Both the position numbers and the translations under genes were made by a program. 64,000 bases of DNA, taken from positions 64,001-128,000 of the forward strand of contig CAVYXJ010000011.1 in the NCBI GenBank assembly GCA_963772455.1, given 5' to 3'. Below are positions 19,107 through 29,885 of the stretch, piece by piece; the first letter of the stretch is position 1, and each line of letters opens with the position of its first letter. The DNA is from Candidatus Bathyarchaeota archaeon (GTDB lineage: Archaea > Thermoproteota > Bathyarchaeia > Bathyarchaeales > Bathycorpusculaceae). The notes under the pieces were generated by a model that was not told where the DNA came from, made no database searches, and was given only the letters and a program-made list of their open reading frames with translations.

Positions 19107-19526
19107 ATGGCAAAACTTAAAGCAAGTGCAAAACTTTTAGAAAATGTCCGTTTAGTAACCGGTAATGGTCGAGGTCACAACGTAATCTGTGATTTATCTG
19201 AAGCTGCCGGAGGAACCAACGCAGGCCCAACACCTTTAGAGTTAGCTTTGATGGCACTTGCTGGCTGTGGAGTTATTATCTACGCAGACGTATGCAAGAA
19301 CAGCAAAATTGACCCTGGCAACATTGAGATCTTGGTTGATGCAGAAAAAGCCTCTGATTCACCAACCCTAAAAGGAGTAACCATGAAAGTAAACATTGCG
19401 TCAAAAACACGAAAAGCTCTTGTCGAAGCAGCTTGGAGAAGAACTGAAGCAGGTTGTCCAGTACTTCTTGTTTACAAAGAAAAAATACCTGTAAAAGTTG
19501 ACGTAGAAATAAAAACCGCAGAGTAA
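19107..19526 (+). CDS. OsmC/YhfA-family protein
   Basis: GG.N.GPTP.EL..MALAGC ... CPV. Confidence 0.88.
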   Translation: MAKLKASAKLLENVRLVTGNGRGHNVICDLSEAAGGTNAGPTPLELALMALAGCGVIIYADVCKNSKIDPGNIEILVDAEKASDSPTLKGVTMKVNIASKTRKALVEAAWRRTEAGCPVLLVYKEKIPVKVDVEIKTAE

Positions 19527-19613
19527 AAACTGTATTACTCTCAAATTTTTTTATTTATGGTTCTTATTTACATTTTTCAACAAAATTTTTTAGGAACGCT
19601 CCCTTATTATTGA

Positions 19614-19802
19614 GTGAGGAGAAGGAGAATGGAAGCGGACATTTTGTTTAGCATGCGAGAGATTAATTGTAATCATCGGAAACAGGAATTGTACACTCAA
19701 AGACGTTTTGATATCTTAAACGGGTTTGAATTTAAATTAACTAGATGCATTAATTGCCATAAAATTGTAGAGTTAGAAACAAAGAAATTTTCTAAGTGTT
19801 AG
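19614..19802 (+). CDS. Small putative Zn-binding protein
   Basis: CNH ... RCINCHK. Confidence 0.5.
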   Translation: MRRRRMEADILFSMREINCNHRKQELYTQRRFDILNGFEFKLTRCINCHKIVELETKKFSKC

Positions 19803-20214
19803 TCTTTTGGTCTTTGGAGTATAGGTAGAGTTTGCCTTTTTTTAGCTGATCTAGTGCATTTTGTGTTTCTAATGATGTTAGTTTGCAAGTTTTTGGGTTT
19901 TTTAGAAATGGAAGTTCTTCAGGTGCATTCTGGATGATATGAAGATCTTCCCATGTAACTTTGAGGTCTTCTGAGGGTATATTTGTGTTAACATCCATGG
20001 CCCATGCGCCTGCATCTAATTCGTCACCTTCCGGTAGGGCTGTGAATGGACCAAGCAGACTTTTATCCTCAAGGTTGTATAGGAAAATTATTGAACCAAC
20101 CTTGATTTGATCTTCGTTGGGCTTAGTTTTTTCATCCGCACAGGTGTATCGTTTATTGCTTAGGCATTGCTGTTGGGATGTTTTGTTACAATAAAATACA
20201 TATCCGTCATACAT
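19792..20214 (-). CDS. DCD-domain-like (PUA/EVE-related) protein
   Basis: GYVFYCN....QCL, IKVG..IFLYN......GPF.A.....LD.GAW matches the DCD pattern. Confidence 0.65.
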   Translation of the reverse strand: MYDGYVFYCNKTSQQQCLSNKRYTCADEKTKPNEDQIKVGSIIFLYNLEDKSLLGPFTALPEGDELDAGAWAMDVNTNIPSEDLKVTWEDLHIIQNAPEELPFLKNPKTCKLTSLETQNALDQLKKGKLYLYSKDQKTNT

Positions 20215-20350
20215 AACTTGTTAAAACCTTCTTCTATAATTGGAAACCATTCGGCGTTTATTTCCTTTTCTTTTTTGCATTTACAAAATAAGCGCTCAAA
20301 TTAGAAAATTATATTAAACATTGCTTATGTTGCTAATTTGTACAGGTGGA

Positions 20351-21767
20351 ATGAGCTTTCAAGACTGTTTCAGTTGCTAAGTTCGGCGGGAGTCTTCTTG
20401 ATGTCGAAGGCAAAGGAATCCCAAAAATAATCAAGCGAATAGCTGAAATCAAAGATAACGATGCTCATGGATCAATAGCTGTTTTTTCGGCACCAATGGG
20501 CTGCACAGATGCTCTCATAAAAATAGGGGAGTCTTATGCGCAAGCTTGTCAACAACCTTTGGATCCTGTTTTTGAAGTCTATCACAAATTAGCCGGGATT
20601 TATGTTAAAGGAAAATGGCTAAAACATGCCAAAGAGGAATTAGCTAATTACAAGGCTTTGACCCAAGCTACCCTAGACTCAGTGAACAAACGTTTCAGCG
20701 GAAATATCAAAGCCCGAACGCTCACCTTAGGAGGGGAGCTTGCCATGTCTATGCTTATGGATTACATTCTAAAAAGTCATGAAATAGATTCATTTAATCT
20801 TTCCATGGAAGACTGGCCGATTGTTACTGACGACAATTTTGAAGATGCCTTACCAAATTTTGAGTTAAGTAAGAAAAAGATCCATACCCTAATCGCTCCC
20901 TTAGAAGAGAACAAAGTTGTTTCGATGGCAGGTTTCTTGGGAGTCACAACAGACGGACTCGAAACAATCTTAGGTAGGGGTGGATCAGACTTAACTGCTG
21001 TTTTCACTTCTTGCCTTCTTAAAGATGTTTACGCAATAAAAACTCTACTTTATAAAGACGTCCCGATTCAAAGCGCTGATCCCAAGGTTGTGAGAGGACA
21101 AAAAACTGAACACGTTAGTGCATTAACCTACAATGAAGCACATAAAGCTTCGATGATGGGTATGAAAATTGTACAGAGCCCAGCTATTGCAATGGCAAGA
21201 CGTTTTAGTCAACCATTAGTAGTTGTACCAATCGATGAACCAAAAATGCAATCTGTCATTGAAGCTGAAACAACAGGTGGAGAAGTTGTAAAATGCCTAA
21301 CTGGCAAGTCCGGCTGCGCAATTCTCTCCATGAATGATGAGAAAAGCCGCTCGCTCGAAGATTCCTTGCGTATATGGGAACGAAGAAACGACTTCATGGA
21401 TTTAGGCGCTGAAACTATGGAAACAGGAGAGCGCATCCGCGATTTCCTTTTCTTAGATTCAGAATTTCTAAAGAAAAACGAAGAAAAAATCAAGGGGTTC
21501 GATGAAAAAATGCGAATAAATTATGGTTTAGGTGTTGTTACGTTAATTGGTGATCGAATGAAGGATTCACCTGGTGTAGCTTCTTTAGCCATAAGTGCTA
21601 TTTCAGGCATCAATATTAAACGTGGAATCTTTGCACCGCACACATCGCAGATTATTTTAGTTGTTGAGGAAAAAAATGTTAACGCAACGGTCGCTGCAAT
21701 TCATCAGAAAAAACAAGAACTTAACAAAGGTCCTACCTGGCCTATGGGTTTTCAGTCATCAGCTTGA
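20351..21767 (+). CDS. lysC: Aspartate kinase (start ATG offset by +1 indel at about 20358)
   Basis: VAKFGGS, GFLG, LGRGGSDLTA, ADPK.V, C-terminal ACT (IGDRMKDSPGV). Confidence 0.88.
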
Positions 21768-21907
21768 CAAATCAAAATGATCTTACTTTCTGAATATTTT
21801 AAACTAATTTGATACCACTTTCAATGACCTCTCCCAAAACACTCAACGTCGGGTGAACACCCGCCTTTTAAGCATTATTCAGAATATCTGAGTTTCTGTG
21901 AACAAAT

Positions 21908-22114
21908 GTGACCCAAAATGAGATCATAATAGAAAAAGAACTATTGGTAGACTTGAAATTACATAATATATCTGCAGAGATGCTAAAAGAGTTCGCGACA
22001 AAAATTGTGAAACCCTATTTTGGCGGCAATATGAACAAAGCCATCAGAAGTCTAATGGAAAAAGCTGTCGAAGAAGAAACAATAATTAACAAAGCTTATG
22101 ATCATCGAAAGTAA
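21908..22114 (+). CDS. Small putative RHH-like protein
   Basis: 68 aa; strand-helix-helix pattern (YFGGNMNKAIRSLMEKAV). Confidence 0.5.
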   Translation: MTQNEIIIEKELLVDLKLHNISAEMLKEFATKIVKPYFGGNMNKAIRSLMEKAVEEETIINKAYDHRK

Positions 22115-22288
22115 TTTGTATAAAGCATGATTTGATTTTTTATTAAGTATGCAAAACACAAAAACTTGAAATGATTGCAGTATTCTTCACACTTTTTGAA
22201 TTGAGGTTGAAGGTAGCTTTTGTGATTGTGCTTAGGCAGTCACAGAGTCTTAAAGCCAAGTCTATCCAAAAATAAGATGGTGTTTTAA

Positions 22289-22567
22289 TTGGAAAAAAAT
22301 ATGATGAAATATCAAGTTTTAATCAAAACAATCTCAGGTAAAGGCGGAGATTTTTGGGAAGCTTTCAAAAAGATGCCGACAGAACCAATGAAAGGAGTAA
22401 TGATCGAGTCCTCATGGAGTTTGTTTGGATATTGGGATTTCGCTCTTTTCTTCAAAGCCGACAGTAATGATAACAGCCTTCATTTCGTTGGTGAAATATT
22501 ACGGGCTATGCCAGGTATTGCAGAAACCAGTACTTCACCAATGACTATGCTTAAAGAACACAAATAA
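22289..22567 (+). CDS. GYD/Lrp-AsnC ligand-binding-domain protein
   Basis: SLFGYWDF, GIAETSTSP. Confidence 0.65.
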   Translation: MEKNMMKYQVLIKTISGKGGDFWEAFKKMPTEPMKGVMIESSWSLFGYWDFALFFKADSNDNSLHFVGEILRAMPGIAETSTSPMTMLKEHK

Positions 22568-22621
22568 AATAGGCAACTTTCACCGATTTTTATTTTAAAT
22601 CTTTTTTTTAGATGAATTTGA

Positions 22622-22816
22622 TTAGTTTCTAGCTGATGTCTGGGTTCTTGTCGCTTCAAGTAGAGCTTGTTCTGATAGGAAATCTGCTAATTTTTCCAGT
22701 TCATCGGGTGTTGTTTTATGTTTTGTGGCAACATGATTGGCTATTGCTTTGTTCATCGCTTTTAAATCTGGGACAACTAAAATTTCCGTGCCGCATAAAC
22801 ATTTTATGATTGGCAT
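22622..22816 (-). CDS. Small C2H2-like Zn-binding protein
   Basis: MPIIKCLCG..ILVVPD....AI.NH...H; ATG 22816 preferred. Confidence 0.55.
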   Translation of the reverse strand: MPIIKCLCGTEILVVPDLKAMNKAIANHVATKHKTTPDELEKLADFLSEQALLEATRTQTSARN

Positions 22817-23134
22817 CCTTTTTTTATGGACGGGGAATCTCCTCTGGCGACTTTTGTTTGTAGAGAATTTAGTGTTATTAGTTCTTTTTTTAGTCACCAG
22901 CTTTTCCTCGTTATTGGATATTGAAATAAATCTTAGTGATATCTGATATAAGAAGTATTAGTATGCACGATACTTATATTGAATATTTACTTTGAAATTC
23001 ATAAATTTCTACAAAAAAAACCACAAGCATCTGGGATAAAGCAAAGTGCTATAAAATCGCTTATTTAAATATATAAAAAAATATTTTTGATTGAAAATCA
23101 TTAATGCATAACTTGAATGGTAAATTTTTTATTA

Positions 23135-23257
23135 CTAAGCATGAATTATCTCTGGTTCCATACCCAAGTAATGTTTTGAGTGACAATCTGCTTTTGGGCA
23201 GCCCTCGCAACTATCGAAAGTGGATTTCTGGCATGGAAGAATGTAAGCGCGATCCAT
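23135..23257 (-). CDS. 40-aa Cys-rich micro-protein
   Basis: MDRAYILPCQKSTFDSCEGCPKADCHSKHYLGMEPEIIHA with AAGGAAGTG upstream; below ORF-track cutoff. Confidence 0.4.
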   Translation of the reverse strand: MDRAYILPCQKSTFDSCEGCPKADCHSKHYLGMEPEIIHA

Positions 23258-23392
23258 TATTTTTTTTCACTTCCTTATTTCAGTATTGTGTAATGTGTCT
23301 TAATATAATATGCACATTTAAGGTTTCTGCACCAATTATTCACAAAACAGTTCCACAAATCATTCTTGCAGCTAATCTACCATACAATATTG

Positions 23393-23599
23393 CTATTCAC
23401 GATTTTCATCTGAACTTTCCAAATCCAAAACTTGAAGTTGCAAATCCTTGTTAATAATAAGCTCAACCTGACAAACTGGGCATTGAATTATTTCTCCAAC
23501 AGCAGAATATTTTACGAAATCTTCTTTATCAGAAAAAATATAACTGCATTCAGGACATTGTGCTGTCAAGATTAGAACCTTAGTAACCAGTTTTAGCAT
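23393..23599 (-). CDS. LysW/ArgW-like zinc-ribbon protein (divergent C-terminus)
   Basis: CPEC...GEIIQCPVCQVEL, acidic tail ending in E but lacking EDWGE. Confidence 0.55.
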   Translation of the reverse strand: MLKLVTKVLILTAQCPECSYIFSDKEDFVKYSAVGEIIQCPVCQVELIINKDLQLQVLDLESSDENRE

Positions 23600-23668
23600 A
23601 TCAACCTAATAAAATGATCTGCATCCAAAATTTCAAATAAATCTTCAAATACAAAAAAAGAAGAAAGT

Positions 23669-24049
23669 TTATTCTATGTGCCATTTCTTTGCTACTTTGA
23701 CAATAACAAAGACTACTAAAGCGACAATTATGAAAGTAATTAACGCTACCAGAAAGTCGCCTATGCCAAAGACTTGACTTAGCAGTGTTGCAGAATAAGA
23801 TGCTAGATCTGACATGCCTGGAATAATTAAGCCTAGCAACGGAATAATGAAGTCTTTGACAAGCGCTTGAATCAAGGTGCCAGCATATAAAGCTAAGATA
23901 AAAGCCACAGCTAAACCAAATATTTTATACTTTGATAGAAAATCCTTGAACTCGTTTACGAATCCTTTTGGCGGTGTCGGTGGTGGAGCTTTTTCTAAAG
24001 CAGCACTAATCTTCTTTAATTCTGTTAAAATTTCGTCTTCTTTATCCAA
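23669..24049 (-). CDS. mscL: Large-conductance mechanosensitive channel family protein
   Basis: EFKDFL......LAVAFI, LVKD.I.P, G.FL.A.I.F.I.A..VF. Confidence 0.85.
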   Translation of the reverse strand: MDKEDEILTELKKISAALEKAPPPTPPKGFVNEFKDFLSKYKIFGLAVAFILALYAGTLIQALVKDFIIPLLGLIIPGMSDLASYSATLLSQVFGIGDFLVALITFIIVALVVFVIVKVAKKWHIE

Positions 24050-24486
24050 ATTAACGAACTCCTTAGAGATAATTGGTTCAATTTTTTTATAAGACTTTCC
24101 TTTTTCTAGCAGTAAACATTAATGAAAAAAATACTGTATTAAAAAAAATTTTATTAATTGGAAATTTGAATTGTTTTAGGAGAATTTTTATTTGTGAATT
24201 TAGCTATCAACTAAATGAGCAGTGCCGTCGGGGCAGTAGACTTTTTCACCAACGATTACTCGACAATAACGTTGTTTGCATAAGTGCAGTTGATTTGAGC
24301 ATCCTTCACAGTTTTTACTTAACATTTTATCGCCTCTTTTAATTCAATCTTTAGTAATAATACATCTTACTTAATAAAGAATATGAATTTTAGATTACTA
24401 AGAAAGAAATTCAAGAATTATTACAACAAAATTGGTACAAAAATAGGAAATGACATGATAAATTGAGATTTTGAGTCCCAAAAAAA

Positions 24487-26584
24487 TTAAAATTTAATGA
24501 AGAGAGAAATGATAGGTAATGAATAAAGCCTGTGGTGATTAGGTAAGAGACTCTTCCAGGTTAACGTTGGCTTATCCTCCTTGTTGACCAAGTCATTTTC
24601 TAACAGCCCAACTTCCTTGGCGTCTTCAAGCTCTTCTTTAAGCTTTTCAATCTCGACTATAGAAGTTGACTGTTTTTCGAGTTCCTCAGCAATTCCCTTA
24701 ATTGTTGGAGTACCTTGTTTTTTTGCGTTTTGTACCGCTTTAATTAAGAGCTGGCTCTTAGTTGGAAGTTTGTTATAGAGTATAAGCAATGATGATTTTT
24801 CCTGCAAGTTCAATATTAACCTATAAATTATTAATACCATAAGTAGAATCATTGATGCTGCTGAGAGGGCTAAGCCGTTTTGGCTAATTGCCAAGGCGAT
24901 TGATGTCCAGGTTTTGATGGGTTGCCAGTAGTCGTTGACTTCTTTTGCAATTGGCAATAGTAGTTTCTCTGATTCTGAAACATCACTTGTTGATTTCGGA
25001 TATGTGACTAGGCTGAGTTTCACATGTTTTTGTTGGGTTTGATTATTTACGGTGAAAGTTGCGGTTTCGTACCAGTAGAGAACAACTTGGGTCTGGTTTG
25101 TGCTGTGATATTGGAATGCAAAGTAGCGTCCAACTATGGGTGGATTTGCTTGGGTTTGGATATCTGTTAGGTCAAGTTGAGTTACTTTTGGCTGTATCCC
25201 TTGACTGAGAGGATAGTTAATGAGACAGGTTTCCCAGCGATGAAGTGGTCCAGTAGTGGCTGCAAGTTCAACTGCTACCCAAATTGTGGGTTTAGCTGAA
25301 TCTGTTGAGCCATAGGCATAAACGAGGGATGCATCTTCGCCTGAGAGTTCTTCAAAGTTGGTGTCTCGGTAAACGTAGCTAAGGTTGTATCCAGGGATTT
25401 GTGGTAATGGGAGAATTTGGGTGTTGGGTTGCATGCCTGAGGGTGTTTGAACTAATATTTCGGCGGGTCCTTCAGTTAGAGCAAAGACCGGCGCTTGAAT
25501 AGACAGCAACAAACCGATGACTATCGCGATGCCAGCAATTTTTACTATGTCATTTTTGGTTAACTTCATTTTTGGGTATTTGATTATTTTTCCGCAACTG
25601 GAGCAGAAGTCTTCATTCGAAGTTGTGTTACAACTTAGGACAGGGTTGTTTTGGTTTAGGCTTTTTCACGAATTTTTCAGTTGTTATTAGAAGAATCAAT
25701 GTACCTATGAACATCAAAACTGTTGCACCCATGGTATGAAAGACTTGTAGAGCAAGTGATTCACCATAGCTGTTGCCAATTGCAAGAATGGAAGTTATTC
25801 GTATAATGTTTAAGCACGATAATTAGGGGTATGCCCATTATGAGAATTAAGAATTTACTCCACAATTTGCCTCTGGTGATGTACGCGATGAAGACCGCGA
25901 AAATTACAAATCCTATTAAACTGTATACTCCTGAACACGCGACGTCTACGCTGAAATTCATTATTGTTTGATCGGGTCTTGTAAGTGTTATTATTGGACT
26001 ACCATATTGAGCGGAAATCGTTGACGCCATTCCAAACGCGTTCGCTAAAGCATTTGACGCATGAGCGCTGAGGTCCGAGAGGGTTGAGCCAACGCTATAG
26101 AGGATTTCTGTTGGCGGTGGAGTTAAGAAAAATAAGAAAACAATTGGAAATGCAAGTTGTTTTAGAGTTTGAGCACCAAACAAAATAAGAATTAAGCCAG
26201 ATATTAGAATTGGAAGAGTAAGCATATGATACTCAAGGGGTGTAAAAGTATACGAGCCAAACCAATATGCCAAAACAGCTATGGCACACAACAGAATCCC
26301 AACGATGACTGCGAAATTCTTTGCGAAAATAGATGGAGATAGTTAATCCCTCATGTTTGAAATGATGCATTAACCATTGCTCTTTTGCGATACAATAAGT
26401 AGCCAAATAGGAAAGGAATTGCTAAAATGTGGTAAGTTGATTCATCTCCTAGAGCATTTCTGAAAATAAGGTTTAGGTCCTGCAGAAAAAAAGCAACAAC
26501 GACCGCAACCATAAAAAAAGATTTTATGGCAATAGCTATGTTATGTTGTCATAGGTACTTTATATTGAGGTTTTTGTGTTGCAA
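24487..26584 (-). pseudogene. Exosortase/archaeosortase fused to Zn finger, EpsI-like domain and C-terminal wHTH-like region; broken by several frameshifts and one in-frame TGA (may be assembly error)
   Basis: YHILAIPFL; VDVACSG (Cys), NIIRI (Arg), VFHT (His) after frame correction; CP.C..CSSC; HRWETCL, VLYWY. Confidence 0.72.
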
Positions 26585-27040
26585 GTTATGGACCTTATTT
26601 GTGAGCTGAATATCTTTATTGTTCAGGATTTTAAGTTAGTGGTTTTCAAGTGAAAATGTACATTTTTTTGAATGAAGGGAACTTTTGTTCCCAATTATAT
26701 TGAAGCTTCACCTTTCTCTCCATCCGTAAGATGGGTTTGAAGTTTAAAAGGCATATTTCAATATTGGATGTATATCAATACTTGAAAAATATTAATTTTG
26801 GATTCGAGCCAGTTTGAACACAAGGAAACGTCACTGTCTTAGTCTAAGAACCAGTGATAATAGTTTGTGCAGGTATAGCAAATTGGATTAAAACCAGGCA
26901 GATTAATCCATTGATTTTCCTAAAGAGAAGAGTTTTTTCGGGGTTTTTTCTTTGTATTTATTGCAGTTTAGGTTAATTGAGCATTTGCACAACGGTAATA
27001 ACAACTTTTTCTGAAGAGTTTAATAGACCCCTTGTGATAT

Positions 27041-27682
27041 TTGCGATGTAATAGAGGTTTTTCTCTGTTTGCCATTGGTCATTTTGCGTTGGGATACTTA
27101 GTAGGAAAAGGTTCCAGTAAACTTGCCAATGTTAAATTGAATTTACCTCTTCTATTTGCAGCCTCGGTGCTTCCAGATATTGACTTGTTATTTAGCTTCC
27201 TTATGCATCGGGGACCTACACACTCGTTAATTGCCATAACAGCCTTGATGATTCCATTTTTCATTATTTATCGCAGACAGGCTATCCCATACTACGCTGC
27301 CTTGCTTTCTCATATTTTTCTTGGTGACTATTTCACAGGGGGAATTGAACTTCTCTGGCCTGCGTCTCATGGTTGGTTTGGAGCATTAAACTTTGAAGTA
27401 ACTAGTTTACCTAGTGCGTCCGTAGAACTTGGGCTTTTCATTGTGACATTACCAATAATGTTCAAACTTGGAGATCTTCAGGTTTTTCTAAAACCCAACA
27501 ATAGAAATTGGATTCTAATAATATCATTGGGCGCAACCCTTGTACCTTTGCTCTCTCTTGGTCGTAGTGTAGAAAACTCTCTCCCTCTACTTCTTGCTTT
27601 ACCAAGCGTTTTCTACATAAGTCTATTTGCTTACTCGATGTTCGTTTGGTTAAGAGGTTGGCACAAAGTGGATCGAAAATAG
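27041..27682 (+). CDS. YdjM-like membrane metal-dependent hydrolase
   Basis: GH, LPDID, HRGPTHS, SHI..D. Confidence 0.85.
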   Translation: MRCNRGFSLFAIGHFALGYLVGKGSSKLANVKLNLPLLFAASVLPDIDLLFSFLMHRGPTHSLIAITALMIPFFIIYRRQAIPYYAALLSHIFLGDYFTGGIELLWPASHGWFGALNFEVTSLPSASVELGLFIVTLPIMFKLGDLQVFLKPNNRNWILIISLGATLVPLLSLGRSVENSLPLLLALPSVFYISLFAYSMFVWLRGWHKVDRK

Positions 27683-28228
27683 AATCCTTTAGGGAGAAAT
27701 GCTTGGCAACTTAAAACGTCATTCCAAACACGAGACCCCTTAACTATCAAGTAAATACGAGATTCGTCTGGAGCTTTAAGAACGCGGGCGAAGACTCCGA
27801 TGCGGTCAACTCACGCGTTTACAGGTTTGTATCCATTAACTTCGACAAGGTCTTTTAGATCTTTGTCTGTTACGCCAAGCTCAAGGCGACGTTATCGCCT
27901 TTGTCTAACTACTCGGTTCTGGATATGGATTCATTGTTTTGCAGTGTCCAAATCATTAACGAAAACAAAGATTACGAAACCTAAAATCGCTATTATGAAA
28001 CTCGTTACTGTTACAGCTAAAACAACATAGTTCATCCAAAACAGAGATGCAAACTTTTCATCTGACAACAATGTTGTCGAAGGGTTAATGCTGTTTCAAT
28101 CAATTAACTAAAACCCTCGCCAAGCCAACATACAAAAGAGAAATACGCCCCAACCTCCGCTTACTAATGACTCTCCAATAAATTCTGTGTATTGCCTTAT
28201 GAACAGGTTGTTTTTGAATAGTCCTTCT

Positions 28229-28480
28229 TCAAATATTCTTATGTTCTCTCTTTCCACGTTTGATAGTTCCTTTTAGGGTCTCTACTATCGCCGCTTCTTT
28301 TTTAACTGGAGCTGAGATTTGTTTTTTTGCAAAGTGACTTGGATAGAGAGCTTTATGAGATTCGCGTGAAATTGGGCTCCAAAAATGTTGTTTGCAAGAT
28401 GGTTCTGGACAATCTTGAGCTGTTGCTTCACGTTTAACAGCTTCTTCTAACTCTAGTTTAACCTTAGTCTTTTTGTTCAT
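28229..28480 (-). CDS. Hypothetical 83-aa protein
   Basis: ORF co-oriented downstream of HMG-CoA reductase; CPEPSCKQH. Confidence 0.5.
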   Translation of the reverse strand: MNKKTKVKLELEEAVKREATAQDCPEPSCKQHFWSPISRESHKALYPSHFAKKQISAPVKKEAAIVETLKGTIKRGKREHKNI

Positions 28481-28537
28481 GTTTCAGGCTCCAAAAATTT
28501 TGTAATAATTCTCTTATAAGGCTTGGTGTTTTCGCAG

Positions 28538-29809
28538 TTATTGTTTTTTGGTTAGTTCTTCTAGGATTTCTTTAGCTCGGTCAACTCGAACTTTGCGTTC
28601 TTTAACCATTCGTTCTGCCACCAAATCTACCATTTGATCTTTGGCGCCTGCTGTAACGGCAATATTTCTGGCATGCAAGGACATATGACCACGTTGAATT
28701 CCTTCACTTGATAAAGCTCGCAGGGCACCTAGGTTTTGAGCCAGACCCACAGAAGCTAAAACTTCACCGAATTCGTTGGCCGATTTCACGTTAAGAATTT
28801 TCATGGCGATTCGGGCGATTGGATGCGTTTTTACTGCCCCACCGATTAATCCAACAGCCATGGGTAACTCGATTGAACCTTCTAGGTCTCCATTTTTGTT
28901 TTTAACCCATTTTGATAATGTTGTGTAAGGTCCATTGAATGCTGCGTATGCATGTCCTCCTGCTTCGATGGCTCTGTGGTCATTTCCTGTGGCTAAAACG
29001 ACAGCGATTATTCCGTTCATGGCACCTTTGTTGTGGGTGGCCGCTCGGTAAGGGTCAGCTGCAGCAAAAGCGGAAGCATAAGCTATGCCTTCTACTACTG
29101 CTTCGCCGCCTACTGCTTGTTTTGGAACTGTGCACCATGCCTTCGCGAGTCGTTTAACTGCCAAGTTGGATATTATACGCAAATAAACATGTCCACTTGT
29201 AAGCTGCTCAATCATAGGAGAAACGGCTTCAGCCATTGTGTTAACAGCGTTTGCGCCCATCGCATCTCGGCAATCCACAAACAAGTGGACGATAAGCATT
29301 TGTCCCATAGTGGTTTGGATAACTCGGGCGTCGAGGTCTTTTGCTCCGCCGCCAAACGAGTTGAGAACTGGATCTTGTTCGTTTGCTTTTTTGAGGATTT
29401 CGACTTTGGCTGCCAAAACTTGATTTTTCGCAATTTCTGCATCTTTGATTTTGACAACTTGGATTTGTCCAATCATGATTGGTGTTGTGCTACTTGTGTG
29501 GAATCCTCCACCGTCGCGAATCATCTTTGCTGCGTAGCTTGCTGCAGCGATTACGCTTGGCTCTTCAGTAGCCATTGGAATTAAGTAGTCTTTTCCGTTA
29601 ATTTGGAAGTTTACACCGATGCCCATTGGTTCGGGAAAAACGCCGATGACGTTTTCTACCATATGGTCAGCTACATCCAAGGGTAGCGAACCTGTGTTTT
29701 CGAGTAATCGAATTTCATCTTCGGTTAAACCTGCAAAATCTTTAATGATTGCTAACCGCTCTTTTGGCGGAAGCTTGTAGAAGCCTGAAATTACTGAAGA
29801 CTTAGCCAT
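28538..29809 (-). CDS. mvaA: Class II hydroxymethylglutaryl-CoA reductase
   Basis: ENVIG, EEPSVIAA, DAMGAN, ATHNKG.MNG, GND.RA.EA, GIQRGHM.LH. Confidence 0.95.
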   Translation of the reverse strand: MAKSSVISGFYKLPPKERLAIIKDFAGLTEDEIRLLENTGSLPLDVADHMVENVIGVFPEPMGIGVNFQINGKDYLIPMATEEPSVIAAASYAAKMIRDGGGFHTSSTTPIMIGQIQVVKIKDAEIAKNQVLAAKVEILKKANEQDPVLNSFGGGAKDLDARVIQTTMGQMLIVHLFVDCRDAMGANAVNTMAEAVSPMIEQLTSGHVYLRIISNLAVKRLAKAWCTVPKQAVGGEAVVEGIAYASAFAAADPYRAATHNKGAMNGIIAVVLATGNDHRAIEAGGHAYAAFNGPYTTLSKWVKNKNGDLEGSIELPMAVGLIGGAVKTHPIARIAMKILNVKSANEFGEVLASVGLAQNLGALRALSSEGIQRGHMSLHARNIAVTAGAKDQMVDLVAERMVKERKVRVDRAKEILEELTKKQ

Positions 29810-29885
29810 TCTCTATCACATTGCAAGTGAGTGTTTGACTTTTCGCATTTAAACTTTAACCAAGCTGATTTTCAAAACATTGTGG

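Noticed and set aside
23104-23454. 116-aa plus-strand ORF
   Set aside because: No motif; better explained as the antisense of the Cys-rich micro-ORFs
28538-29809. Bacterial-type class II HMG-CoA reductase as a novelty
   Set aside because: Already known in several archaeal lineages, e.g. Archaeoglobus
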